In this document: positions 9,646-20,208 of the stretch, piece after piece | How positions within the stretch are numbered: position 1 is the stretch's first letter | How the letters are laid out: every line of letters begins with the position of its first letter | From: Caldisericota bacterium | Lineage (GTDB): Bacteria; Caldisericota; Caldisericia; JAAYUI01 | Direction of reading: 5' to 3' | Assembly: GCA_029548865.1 (NCBI GenBank) | Contig: JAKPMO010000004.1 | Coordinates: forward strand, 172,747 to 236,746 | DNA: 64,000 nucleotides | Made by a program: the position numbers and the translations under genes | The notes under the pieces: model-generated | Told to the model about the DNA's origin: nothing | The model's input: only the letters and a program-made list of their open reading frames with translations | Databases searched by the model: none

Positions 9646-11547
9646 CTACTGGGCAGAAATTGCGGACAACTCTTCAGAAAGTTCGGCCCATTCATTCTCG
9701 GTTTCTGCAAGCTGTGTTTTTGTCTTGTCATACTCATCAAGATCGAGTTTTGTCTGCTCTCCCCGAGAATAGAAATCTGGGTTTGACATTGACTGTTCAA
9801 TGTCATTTTTCCTTGATTCCAGCATGCTTATCTTGTCTTCAAGGTTTTTAAGTTTGTCCTGCATTGATTTTATCTGGTTCTTTGATGGGCCCTGGTCTTT
9901 TTTCTTTTGTTTCTGCTGGATTTTTTGGTCGCTCTTGTCTGTCTGTTTTTCAGGTTTTCTCTGCAGGTACTCCTCGAGGTTACCCCTTGTATCAACAATT
10001 GTGTTTCCGTCAAATGCCCATATTGTGGCGCCGATGTTGTTTATAAAATATCTATCATGGGAGACCAAAAGCACGCTCCCGGAATAATTTTTTATGGTAT
10101 CTTCCAGAGAAGCCCTGGCATTTATGTCGAGATGATTTGTGGGCTCGTCAAAGATGATGAAATTGGCGTCAATGAGGGCTAACTTGGCCAGAATAAGCCT
10201 GCTTATCTCTCCGCCGGAGAGTGATTTGCACGGTTTTGAGACCTCGTCGCCGACAAAGAGGAATGTTGCCAGATGGTCTCTGGCTTCCTGGGGCTTGAGG
10301 TCGGAATTATTCATTATCTCTTCGATAACAGTTGCTTCGGGATTGAAACTGCCGAGTTCCTGTTCGAGATAGGCCATAGAAACATTGTAGCCAAGCCACA
10401 CCTCTCCACCTGAAGGCTCCTCTTCGCCAATTACTGTCTTCAGGAAAGTGGTTTTCCCGCAACCATTAGGGCCCATCAGGGCTATCTTCTGCCCTCTTTT
10501 CATTTCAAGATTGAGCTCACCAAAGAGCTCTCTGTCTCCAAAAGATTTCGACAAGCCTTTTGTCCTGAAGACGATCTCGCCAGTTCTTCCAGATGATTCA
10601 AGGTTGAGTTGGACTTTTTTCTCCCGGGGTAAAGCCTCGACCTGGACGACCCTCTCAAGGCGCCTTTCCATGCTCCTTGCTCTCTTGGCGGCCACTTCCG
10701 TTCCATACCCCTTGAACCTTTTTATAAAGCGGGTTGCTCTCTCGATGAATTCCTGTTGCTCCTGCAATTTTTCGAGAGAGTGTTCCCTCTCAAGGTCATA
10801 CTGGGCCCTTGCCTGTGTGAAATTGCCGGTAAAATCAAAGGATTTTCCGTCAATGAGTATCACGGTATGGTTGCAAACCTTGTCCAGAAGGTACCTGTCA
10901 TGGGAGACAATGAGCACTGAGCCCTTGAATTCCTGAAGGAAGCCTTCGAGCCAGATGGTTGCCTCAAGATCGAGGTGGTTTGTAGGCTCGTCGAGCACCA
11001 GCGTGTCAGGCTCTGTGGCCAGTATTGTCGCCAGTTGCAGGCGTGACCTTTCACCGCCAGAGAGGGAAACAACGGGCCTTTTCCAGTCTTCCTTTGAGAA
11101 GCCAAGGCCGGACAGGATTCGTTCTATCCTGTGGTCTATGTCGTATCCGCCAAGCGCTTCATACTGGTGCTGGAGTTTTTCAAACTTGGCAAGAAGCTGT
11201 GAGTTGTGGGGATCTTTTGCAACCTCTGAAGAGATCTCTTCAAGCTGCCTACCGGTTTCATATATGTTTTTGAAAGCTGACCTGACCTGGTCAAACAAAA
11301 TGACGTCCGAGACATCAAGTGACCTGTCCTGTGCAAAATAGCCAATGACCTTGTCGGGTTCTTTGAAGACCTTTCCGCCGTCCGGCTCCATCTGGTCCAT
11401 GATTATCTTTATCAGTGTGGATTTGCCGGTGCCATTTGCGCCAACAAGCGCCAGCCTGTCGTTGCCGCCAAGCGTGAATGATATGCCATCAAGAACGGCC
11501 CTCACACCAAAATATTTTGTTATGTTCTGAACCTGGATCTGCCCCAT
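9646..11547 (-). CDS. ABC-F family ribosome-associated ATPase
   Basis: Two NBDs (GANGTGKS, GPNGCGKT; LSGGE; DEPTNHLD twice), no TM, C-terminal coiled coil. Confidence 0.93.
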   Translation of the reverse strand: MGQIQVQNITKYFGVRAVLDGISFTLGGNDRLALVGANGTGKSTLIKIIMDQMEPDGGKVFKEPDKVIGYFAQDRSLDVSDVILFDQVRSAFKNIYETGRQLEEISSEVAKDPHNSQLLAKFEKLQHQYEALGGYDIDHRIERILSGLGFSKEDWKRPVVSLSGGERSRLQLATILATEPDTLVLDEPTNHLDLEATIWLEGFLQEFKGSVLIVSHDRYLLDKVCNHTVILIDGKSFDFTGNFTQARAQYDLEREHSLEKLQEQQEFIERATRFIKRFKGYGTEVAAKRARSMERRLERVVQVEALPREKKVQLNLESSGRTGEIVFRTKGLSKSFGDRELFGELNLEMKRGQKIALMGPNGCGKTTFLKTVIGEEEPSGGEVWLGYNVSMAYLEQELGSFNPEATVIEEIMNNSDLKPQEARDHLATFLFVGDEVSKPCKSLSGGEISRLILAKLALIDANFIIFDEPTNHLDINARASLEDTIKNYSGSVLLVSHDRYFINNIGATIWAFDGNTIVDTRGNLEEYLQRKPEKQTDKSDQKIQQKQKKKDQGPSKNQIKSMQDKLKNLEDKISMLESRKNDIEQSMSNPDFYSRGEQTKLDLDEYDKTKTQLAETENEWAELSEELSAISAQ

Positions 11548-13862
11548 CAGCTCACCCAGGCAAGTCCTACTCTTTGTGCCATTTTTCCTTCAATACCTGT
11601 CCTAAGTTCTCTATTTTCTTTGAACCTCAACTCCGGGTCATGTTTAATGATATCCTCTGCGATTTCCCTTGCCAAGGAAAGAAGCGGGAAATTTGAAGGA
11701 GTGATGAGTCTTGATGAAGCAAGCATCGGCAGTCCAGACTGCATTGTTCCGCCAATGTCTCCGGGTCCGCGCAATTTGAGGTCTTCCTCAGCAACCTCAA
11801 GGCCATTTGCTGTTCTTTCCAGAACTTGCAGTGAAACTGTCGGTCTTGACGGTATCAGGAAGCAATAGCTTTTGTGCTCGCCCCTTCCAACCCTGCCCCT
11901 CAACTGGTGGAGCTGGGCCAGCCCGAACCTTTCAGCGTTTTCAATTATCATGACCGTTGCATTCGGGACGTCTATTCCAACCTCAATGACGGTTGTCGAG
12001 ACAAGAACCTTTAACTCCCTGTCCCTGAACTTGCACATTGTTTCATCCTTCTCTTTTGCCGGCATCCTGCCATGGAGCAGCCCGCACGGAATGCCTTTGA
12101 AATGTGACTCGGTAAGCTCAACGAACTGCTTTGTGGCGGCTTTTGCGGAGAGTTTTTCTGACTCTTCGACAAGAGGGCAGACAACGTAGACCTGCCTGCC
12201 TTTTTCTATTTCGGCGAGGGCCGTTTTGTAGGCGAGACTGCCTGCACCTGTGAGCACTTTTGTTTCTATAGTTGCCCTGCCCTTTGGCATTTCATCAACC
12301 ACAGAGACGTCCAGATCACCGTAGATCGTCATGGCAAGCGTCCTCGGGATCGGGGTGGCACTCATGACGAGCACATGCGGGCAGAAGCCCTTTTTTGCTA
12401 GCCTGGCCCTCTGCAGGACGCCAAACCTGTGCTGTTCGTCAACAACCACAAGCCCGAGGTTTTCAAACTTCACCCAGTCCTCAAGGAGCGCATGTGTCCC
12501 AAAGAGGACGCATGGCTCTCCAGAGGAAAGCAGCTCAAATATCTTTTCCCTTGCCATTTTTTTTGATGAACCGGAGAGGTACGCAGTGTTGAACGGAAGT
12601 AATTTTCTGGCGACATTGTAGGTCTGGCTTGCAAGGATTTCTGTCGGCGCAATCCATGCAACCTGGTAGCCCAGCTTTGCGGCAGAGCTGCATGCACTCA
12701 AACCAACAACCGTCTTCCCAGAGCCAACATCTCCATGCAGGAGCCTGTTCATCGGCCTTCCCGACTCCAGGTCTTTTGCTATTTCCAGACAACATCTCTT
12801 CTGGGCTATGGTCGGCTCGAACGGAAGTTTTGAAAGGAAATCCTTTGAAGATTTTTGTGCACCCTTGATGATTGGAGCATCCTGCTGCCTGTACTCTGCC
12901 CTGCGGAGCAGGAGAGCCGTTTCCATGAGCAAAAATTCGTCCAACACGAGCCTTTTTTCGCAGAGTTTGAGTTGCTCAAAGTTGTCAGGGAAATGCACTT
13001 TCTCGTAGGATTCACGGAGGGATGGCAAAGACATGCTCTTCTTTACGGCATTAGGAAGGTAGCCATCACCAATCTCCGGCATGTTGTCGACGATTTTTTT
13101 GATTACGCTTCTTATGACCCACTGTGGGAGCCCAGTAGTCAGTGGATAGACCGGCACAATCCCCATGTCCTGTATGTCAGTGTCCAGATCGGGGTTTGTC
13201 ATGTGTGGGCCGCCATAATCGCCCACTTTCCCATAGAGTGCCACTGTTTTCCCGATGGCAAGCTTTTTCAGGACGTATGGGTTGTTGAACCATGTGGCCA
13301 TTATTTTGCCGGTCGAGTCGCCAAAAAGCGCCTGCACAAAATTCCTTCCGGCACGCGGTTCCCTGACATCAAGCACTTTTGCAAAGACAGTCGCTTCCGT
13401 TCCGGTGGAGAGCTGTGCAATAGGCAAGACCTTTGTTCTGTCTATAAATCTGATGGGAAAATGGTTTAGGGCGTCCAGGACAGTCACAAGTCCAAGTTTT
13501 TTTAAGAGTTTTGCCCTCTCGGGGCCGATTCCTGGAATGGAAGCGAGAGACATTTCTGTACCCAGATGTATTTTTTGTTGCCTGGGTACCGGTTTCTGCC
13601 TGACATAATGGCCCCTGGCAAACTTTAACAGGTCATTTACGGCCTTTTCCCTTGATGTGATATCCAGGGAGGTATAACTGGAAAAAACCTCAATAGCCCT
13701 TTTTATGCTGGCATTTTGACTGGGTTCGTCTTTTGCCCACTGGTCGAGCTTTGCCAGAACAAATTTTGAAAACCCGCCAAACACCGCCCTGTCATCGCAA
13801 CCCCTCTCAAGCTCGGCCATTGCAGGGCCAAGGATGAGCGTTCTGACAGGAGAAAGACTCAT
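11547..13862 (-). CDS. recG: ATP-dependent DNA helicase RecG
   Basis: MNRLLHGDVGSGKT, DEQHRFG, MSATPIPRTL, QLHQLRGRVGRG, DLKLRGPG. Confidence 0.97.
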   Translation of the reverse strand: MSLSPVRTLILGPAMAELERGCDDRAVFGGFSKFVLAKLDQWAKDEPSQNASIKRAIEVFSSYTSLDITSREKAVNDLLKFARGHYVRQKPVPRQQKIHLGTEMSLASIPGIGPERAKLLKKLGLVTVLDALNHFPIRFIDRTKVLPIAQLSTGTEATVFAKVLDVREPRAGRNFVQALFGDSTGKIMATWFNNPYVLKKLAIGKTVALYGKVGDYGGPHMTNPDLDTDIQDMGIVPVYPLTTGLPQWVIRSVIKKIVDNMPEIGDGYLPNAVKKSMSLPSLRESYEKVHFPDNFEQLKLCEKRLVLDEFLLMETALLLRRAEYRQQDAPIIKGAQKSSKDFLSKLPFEPTIAQKRCCLEIAKDLESGRPMNRLLHGDVGSGKTVVGLSACSSAAKLGYQVAWIAPTEILASQTYNVARKLLPFNTAYLSGSSKKMAREKIFELLSSGEPCVLFGTHALLEDWVKFENLGLVVVDEQHRFGVLQRARLAKKGFCPHVLVMSATPIPRTLAMTIYGDLDVSVVDEMPKGRATIETKVLTGAGSLAYKTALAEIEKGRQVYVVCPLVEESEKLSAKAATKQFVELTESHFKGIPCGLLHGRMPAKEKDETMCKFRDRELKVLVSTTVIEVGIDVPNATVMIIENAERFGLAQLHQLRGRVGRGEHKSYCFLIPSRPTVSLQVLERTANGLEVAEEDLKLRGPGDIGGTMQSGLPMLASSRLITPSNFPLLSLAREIAEDIIKHDPELRFKENRELRTGIEGKMAQRVGLAWVS

Positions 13863-14668
13863 AAGATAATCTGGGCTACAACAAAGAGGGCAACGCAGTA
13901 GGCCGCAAAGATGTAGAAATTGAATTTCTGGATGACCTTGAAGAACAGGAAAAATGATAAGTAGCCAACAACGGCGGCCACCACAAAGCCAACTATGGAA
14001 GGCATCCAGTCAATCTGCATCCCTGAACTGGCCACCATTTTATAAACATCATAGAGTGTTTTTGCTGTTGCAGCGCCGACTGCAGGAATTGCAACAAGAA
14101 AAGCCAGTTTGGAAGATGATTTTTTGCCAAACCCCAACAGCCTGGCTGCGGTTATTGTGGCGCCTGACCTTGATATGCCAGGAAACATGGCAATCGCCTG
14201 GGCACAGCCAACAGTTAGTGCATCGATCCATGTTGTTTCTTCAAGTTTGCGTTTGCCACTCATGAGAGAAGCAACTATGAGGAAAGCTGCAGTAACAAGC
14301 AAAAGGTAAGAGGTAGTTTTTGGGTCCTGGAAAACAGATTCAATCCTGCTTTCAAAGAGCAGGCCGAAGATGATTGCCGGTACAACTGAAAGTATGAGGT
14401 TGTATGAAAAAATCGAATCTGGCGGGAGACCCCTGCCAATCTTTGGCAAACCAGCAAAAAAGGCCTTTACATATTTGACTACTTCCGGCCAGAAAAAGAC
14501 GATTATTCCAAGGAGCGTTCCAGCATGAAGGAACACATCGAACCACATCGGTGGTTTGCCCCACCCCAAAAAAGCGGGAACAAGGACAAGATGGGCAGAA
14601 GACGAGACCGGAATAAACTCTGTGAGACCCTGGACAAAGCCGAGGACCAATGCTTCAATGATTCCCAC
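13859..14668 (-). CDS. uppP: Undecaprenyl-diphosphate phosphatase
   Basis: QGLTEFIPVSSSAH, PGISRSGAT. Confidence 0.96.
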   Translation of the reverse strand: MGIIEALVLGFVQGLTEFIPVSSSAHLVLVPAFLGWGKPPMWFDVFLHAGTLLGIIVFFWPEVVKYVKAFFAGLPKIGRGLPPDSIFSYNLILSVVPAIIFGLLFESRIESVFQDPKTTSYLLLVTAAFLIVASLMSGKRKLEETTWIDALTVGCAQAIAMFPGISRSGATITAARLLGFGKKSSSKLAFLVAIPAVGAATAKTLYDVYKMVASSGMQIDWMPSIVGFVVAAVVGYLSFFLFFKVIQKFNFYIFAAYCVALFVVAQIIL

Positions 14669-15417
14669 TATTTTGCCTCCAGAATGGACCTGCAGAATTC
14701 GAGGTCCTCTATTTTATCAACATCGACGCCCAGCTCCGGGCACTGCAATATTGGTGCTTTTATGGTAACGCCAAGCATTTTTGAAATTCTCTTTTCAAGC
14801 TCGGGTATTTCGACATTTTTGAACAAAAGCAATCTCAGAAGGAACGGCACACCAAGCTGGAGGGCCTGTTTTATGGCGGACTTTCTCCTCTTTGATGTTT
14901 CCTCGACTATTGGCTCCACCTTTTTGTAGGCGGTTTTGCTGATGTAGAAGAGGTTTCCGATTTTGACATTTCCCTCTTTGATGCGGAGAAAAGTGCGCTT
15001 TGTTCCGGGGAACATCCTCAGGGTGTCTTCTTTGGTTATGATTGGCAAACCAAGATCACACCCTGTTTTCTGGAGTGCAGAAACCACCATGTCAAAGGTT
15101 TTTTCGGTTACCAGCGGGATGTCGTTTGTTGTCACAACGAGATACTCTGTCTCTGAGGCATCCACAAGGCGATCTATGTTTGCCTTCTGGCTGTCGCCCT
15201 CTTCCAGCATCAGGTCCACTTTTGATTTTATGGAATCCGGATAGCCGTTGCCAACAAGGATGATCCTGTTCGTGAGGGAAGCCTTGCGAAGCGCATCGAT
15301 GACGTACTCAATCGATGGTTTTCCTGCAAATGAAAGCATGCCCTTGTTGGGCACGCCCTCATTTGCGAACCACGGCTCTACTCCGCCGCCGCCTAATATT
15401 GCAAAATCGATTTTCAT
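14668..15417 (-). CDS. MobA-like nucleotidyltransferase (NTP_transf_3-type) protein
   Basis: ILGGG, NKGML..AGKP, NDIPLV, DVDK.EDL. Confidence 0.8.
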   Translation of the reverse strand: MKIDFAILGGGGVEPWFANEGVPNKGMLSFAGKPSIEYVIDALRKASLTNRIILVGNGYPDSIKSKVDLMLEEGDSQKANIDRLVDASETEYLVVTTNDIPLVTEKTFDMVVSALQKTGCDLGLPIITKEDTLRMFPGTKRTFLRIKEGNVKIGNLFYISKTAYKKVEPIVEETSKRRKSAIKQALQLGVPFLLRLLLFKNVEIPELEKRISKMLGVTIKAPILQCPELGVDVDKIEDLEFCRSILEAK

Positions 15418-17747
15418 TTTGGATATGTCAGCGTTATCTTTCTTGTGGCGCCTTCCCAGGCCACACCTGCCCCAAGAGCCTCTCCGACAAATCTTAGCGG
15501 TAACATGGTTTTTGCGCTAATGATTGTTGGATAGAGCTTTTGGGCCTTTGAGTCGATGAAGACCTCTTTGCCATTTATCTTGGCGGTTTTCTTGCCAATC
15601 CACAACTCAACGATGTTTTTCCCATTCCAGAGCGATTGCGTCAGGGTGACCTTTTTTTCTGCACCATCATAGCCAACCTGTGCTCCAAGGGCCTCTGCGA
15701 CTTCCCTTATTGGCATGTATGTGCTCCCGCCAAGTTCTTTCGGAAGCGGTGGCGAGGAAGATGTTGGAGCAGTTTTGAGTGTCACCTTCAGGCCGTTTAT
15801 AGTGATGTCTGTTTTGTCCAGCCATAATTCTATTGTGACGGCATAAATTACATCGACCGTTATTTTTTTGTTCTGGCTGCCCAGTGTCGCCGAGATCTCG
15901 AACTTGTTGAGTCCTGGGATAAGTATTACTGAGTAGTTAGCCTTTCCATTCTGATCCACGGTTGCCGGCTTGCCACCAACCATCACTGTTGCTCCCTTTG
16001 TTGTGGAGATAGGGATTGTGTAGCTTGGAGAAGTGGTTCTCAATGGAGTACCAGAGGAACCATTGACCGAGAGATCAAGAAGTGCTGCAGACTCGACCAA
16101 TACTTTAACAGGAACAACAATTTTTCCTGCGTTGGAGTCAATTGTCACTTCGCCTGTCAAGGCACCTTCCGTGTTCGGCTCTAACGTGATGTTTATCTTG
16201 CATCTGTCACACTTGAATGATGAAGGATCAACTTTTATCCATGGAGCGCTCGCAGTAATTGTTCCCTCGAGCATTCCGCCTTCGCCAGCCTGCTCGATGA
16301 TTTCGATCTGGAGTGATTTTTTTGTGTTCTTTGGTATTTTGCCAAAATCCAGCTCTGAAGGCTCCACCTTCAGAATCATTCCGGATTTTTTGTAGGTGAA
16401 ATTTACCGCAATTTCTGAATTTCCGCCGTTGCTTCCAATCGACAGCTTCCCTGAATATGGTCCCGGTTCGAGACCAAGTGGGTCAACGGTCATGATTGTT
16501 TCAAAAGAACCATCTGGCTCGATCTCGAATTCCGAATTTTCAGTCCTGAGCCATGACTCTGAAGACTTGATGGTCGCTGAAAGTTTTCCGGTTCCAACGT
16601 TTTTGAAAGCGAGCTTTTTGGTTATGGTTGTCGAAATCTCACCGAGGTCAAACGATTTTTCTGCGACTTCAAGCTTTGGCTCTTCGGCCACTTTTTCGCA
16701 TTCAAACTTCCAGATGATGTTGCCAATCAGTTTTTCGCCTGATTTTGATTTTATGCCGGACTGGCCGCTTTTTGCGTAGAGCGTATACTTCTTGCCCTCT
16801 TCAAAAGCCTTGTTTGGAGCAAACGTGCACTTTGACCCTGAGACAGACGCTTTTCCAGGAACAGCGAGGCCATTCTGGTCAACCAGGAGCACCGTGCCCT
16901 CGTTGAATGTTGCAGGGTCCATATCCTTGTCAAATGGTAGCGAAAGTGGCGAGTTTGGCGATACCTTGCCAGGAAGCGGACTGGTGAGATGCGGTGCTTT
17001 GATTTTCCATGCGCCATAGGCATAAACCTCGAATGTGTCCTGATCGAATATCGCAACCGCGGCACCTAATTCTTCTTTTGTCCAGTCTTCTTTGAGATCA
17101 AAACTGGCTGTGAGCTTCTTGGTTTCGCCATTTTTGATGCGCATGGTTGAACCCTTTGCAGAGGGCTTGATTGCATGCACGACATGTTGGAAATACTGGT
17201 CTTCCCTGTCCACATTGTCTTCAAAGAGGAAGAAGGTATATCTGAGTGTTGCCTGGTCGAGAGGACCAAACTGCTCAACCATGGCCTCAAAATCGATCTT
17301 TTGCCCTGCGGCTTCTTCCTTCAGTTTCCCATTCAGCGAAATATTGAAGCTCAAGGGTGAAGAGCGGACCTTTGAAACCGTGTCCTCAACTTCCTTTTCA
17401 GTCATACCCGACCTCTTTATGAAATTGCCATTAAAAGCTATCGTCGGATAAGACTTTCTTTCGTACATCTGCCCCCTTTTGTCGACTTCTTCAATGTAAA
17501 ACTCGTCGTTGGGGTTTGAATGCAGCCTTAATTTGATAATAGAGTCCGAGCCAAGTTCAGACTCGAGTTTGTCCATACTGCGCACGGCAGTGTGACACTT
17601 CGTTCAGTTCGGCTCCACAAAAATTTCGCAGAATGCTGCACGTTTCGGAGTGAAATCTGAAACGGAGAGCGGCATTGTCCTCGAGTAGACCTGGACGGTC
17701 TGTGAAAGTATGAGAGAAAGCAGAACAATTACTGACAGTTTTTTCAC
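15414..17747 (-). CDS. Secreted probable selenoprotein: Omp28-like thioredoxin fold (UxxC) + Ig-like domains + copper-amine-oxidase-N/stalk domain, 777 aa
   Basis: GTG at 17747 (GTGA overlap with alr stop, AGGAGG SD), signal peptide MKKLSVIVLLSLILSQ, in-frame TGA at codon 48 in EIFVEPN-U-TKC, open through to 15414; YPTIAFNG cis-Pro motif; C-terminal TYMPIREVAEALGA/TMLPLRFVGEALGA. Confidence 0.85.
17570..17597 (-). promoter_or_regulatory. Candidate bacterial SECIS hairpin
   Basis: UGUC-A-C-ACUGC[CGUGC]GCAGU-A-U-G-GACA beginning 7 nt after the UGA; loop 17 nt from UGA with G as second loop base. Confidence 0.7.
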
Positions 17748-18874
17748 AGCTCGGCCTCCTTTCCTGATTGTTTGTAAACAAATTTAGTCCTGCCACCAAG
17801 ACCAGTCAAGATTTCATATGGGGTGGTTCTCAGGACCTCAGATAAATCTTTTACAGTAACAGCCTCATCGGTATCTTTTCCAATGAGCGTTACCCTGTCT
17901 CCAACCTCAACTCCTGGAATATCTGTTACGTCAATCATGAACTGGTCCATGCAGATTCTTCCTACTATTTTGGTTTTTTTGCCCTGAACCAGCACGAAAC
18001 CACCATTTTTTAGGTTCCATCTCCATCCATCGGCGTATCCTACGGGCACAGTTGCGATGACTCTTGTAGAATCAGCGATAAAATCCCTGCCGTAGCCGAC
18101 ACTTTCACCCTTGTGGATGACTTTCATGTCGCAAACAACGGAAGTCCATGAAAGAATCGGCAGAAGTTCCTGGTCGAACCTGCCGCCAACTGGCACCCCG
18201 TAGAGCATCATGCCTGGCCTGACCATGTCAAAATGATACTCCGGATAGTTCATTGTTGCAGATGATGCAGAAGCATGAAGCATTGGTGATGCCCCCATTG
18301 CCTTTGCCTCAAGGGCCACTGCAGTGAACAGGTCAGCCTGGCGCTTTGTGAATTCAGGATCAGAATCAGCCACAGCAAAGTGGGTAAACAGACCACTGAT
18401 CCTTATTTTTGGGAGCTTCATTACACTTTTTATGAACGGCACCGAGTCCTTGACCGATATTCCGGCCCAGCACATGCCTGTATCAACCTTTATGTGTACC
18501 GGTACCGGAGCAGGTGTTAGCCTGTCAAGTTCCACTGCAAGCTGGTAGTCAAAAATGGTTGGGGTGATCTGGTAATGGAGTATGTCAGAAGCATAGGCAG
18601 AGTGGGTATAGCCAAGTATGAGTATTGGGCAGACAACACCCCCTGCCCTTAATTTGATTGCCTCCTCCGGGGTCTGGACGGCAAGCCAGTCTGCCCCGTT
18701 ATGGGCAAGAGCCTGCGCGATTGCGACATCACCGTGCCCATAGGCATTGGCTTTGACAACAGCCATCACCTTTGGCGCCCGGGAGATCCTCCTCACCAGG
18801 CCAAGGTTTGATATCAGCCTGTCGATATCTACCGTTGCCAGTGATGGCAATACTTTCTCTGGTGCAAGACTCAT
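17744..18874 (-). CDS. alr: Alanine racemase
   Basis: AVVKANAYGHG (PLP Lys), HIKVDTGM, VGYADG, GRICMDQ. Confidence 0.97.
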   Translation of the reverse strand: MSLAPEKVLPSLATVDIDRLISNLGLVRRISRAPKVMAVVKANAYGHGDVAIAQALAHNGADWLAVQTPEEAIKLRAGGVVCPILILGYTHSAYASDILHYQITPTIFDYQLAVELDRLTPAPVPVHIKVDTGMCWAGISVKDSVPFIKSVMKLPKIRISGLFTHFAVADSDPEFTKRQADLFTAVALEAKAMGASPMLHASASSATMNYPEYHFDMVRPGMMLYGVPVGGRFDQELLPILSWTSVVCDMKVIHKGESVGYGRDFIADSTRVIATVPVGYADGWRWNLKNGGFVLVQGKKTKIVGRICMDQFMIDVTDIPGVEVGDRVTLIGKDTDEAVTVKDLSEVLRTTPYEILTGLGGRTKFVYKQSGKEAEL

Positions 18875-20208
18875 TGGCTTGTTACTTTTATCCCTTCGAA
18901 CCTGATGCTCGGCGTGATTACCGAGATCAGATCTTCAACATCACTTGATACACCGCTTATGTTTTTGATCATCTCGAATACATTTCCAGCAATCATTGTG
19001 CCAAGGAGAGGTGTTGTTATCTTTCCATTTTCGATCAGGTAGCCACCCTTTACAACCCCAGAGAAATCACCGGAAGAAGGATCAATGTTTCCAGAATATC
19101 TTTTCACAAGAAGGCCAAGTTTTGTGTCTGCGATGAGCTCTTCGAGCGTGGTTTTGCCAGTTTCCACAATTATGTTGGTTGTAGAGACGGAGGGAGTTGA
19201 GGAGGGTGATCCTGCGGCATGGCCATTTGATATGGTTTTGTCCCTCGCCGCCGTCCTTGCGTTGTGGAAAGGCTCTGTGAAAATGCCATTTTTTATTGGC
19301 CACATGATCTTTGGTGCGATGCCTTCCCTGTCAAAGTTTGTTGATTCAAACCTGCCAGGGCGCCTTCCATCATCAAGAATGGACAGTTTTTCAGAAGCAA
19401 CCTGTTTCCCCTGCATTCCGGCAAACCTTGACTCGCCCATCTGGATGGAATTGGCATTGCAAGACCACAAGACAGTTGAAAGTATAAGCTCGCTTAGTGC
19501 ATCCCCAAAGAGGATTACCGGGCCTTCGAAGCTCTTTCCGCTCTTTGCGCCAAGTGACTCTATGACGTTTTTTGAGAATTTCCTTGCCACTTCTGAAACA
19601 TTGATCTTTTGAGGGTCGGTTGTGGCACCAAAGGCACCATCCATTGAAGAGACTGTTTCACCTTCCTTTGCCATGCCATAGACAAAATAGAAAATCCCGG
19701 TCCTCTCCTGGGAAAGATTTATCCCTTTTGTGTTTGCAAGCGTTGAAACAGTGGAAGCCAGGTTGAATTTGGCCATGTCAACTGAAATCCTGCTGTCGTA
19801 GGTTTTGCATTCCAGGAGCATCTGTTTGGCGTAGCCAACAACCTTGTCAAGACCCATTTCAGCAAGGCTCTGATTGTGGAGGTCGCCAATTGAGATTGTT
19901 TCTCCGGGGTCCGGAAGGACATTCGAATCGTCAGGTGGAGAGGATTTGGCAATTGCCATTGCCTCCTCGATGGCCATCTGCACTTTTGAGTCTTCGAAGG
20001 AATTTACGCATGAAAAGCCCTGTGAATGGGAATTGATGACCCTTACGCCAAGCCAGCTGCCTTTGTCCGAAGTCGCGACGTGTATCTCGTTGTCCTGGGC
20101 ACTGACAGAGACATTTTTGCTGTGGGAAACGGCCACCTCGGCATTTTGCGCACCGGCTTTTTTGCACATTCCAAGCGTGCGTTCTGCTATTTCTTTCGTG
20201 TCCATCAT
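18871..20208 (-). CDS. tldE: TldE/PmbA family protein
   Basis: FDREG, SGDFS, MIAGN; lacks HExxxH; ATGA overlap with tldD. Confidence 0.9.
   Translation of the reverse strand: MMDTKEIAERTLGMCKKAGAQNAEVAVSHSKNVSVSAQDNEIHVATSDKGSWLGVRVINSHSQGFSCVNSFEDSKVQMAIEEAMAIAKSSPPDDSNVLPDPGETISIGDLHNQSLAEMGLDKVVGYAKQMLLECKTYDSRISVDMAKFNLASTVSTLANTKGINLSQERTGIFYFVYGMAKEGETVSSMDGAFGATTDPQKINVSEVARKFSKNVIESLGAKSGKSFEGPVILFGDALSELILSTVLWSCNANSIQMGESRFAGMQGKQVASEKLSILDDGRRPGRFESTNFDREGIAPKIMWPIKNGIFTEPFHNARTAARDKTISNGHAAGSPSSTPSVSTTNIIVETGKTTLEELIADTKLGLLVKRYSGNIDPSSGDFSGVVKGGYLIENGKITTPLLGTMIAGNVFEMIKNISGVSSDVEDLISVITPSIRFEGIKVTSQ

Noticed and set aside
15414..17747. Nonsense pseudogene, or genetic code with UGA=Trp/Gly
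   Set aside because: The TGA falls at a CxxC position with a hairpin behind it; many genes here end in TGA and RF2 is present
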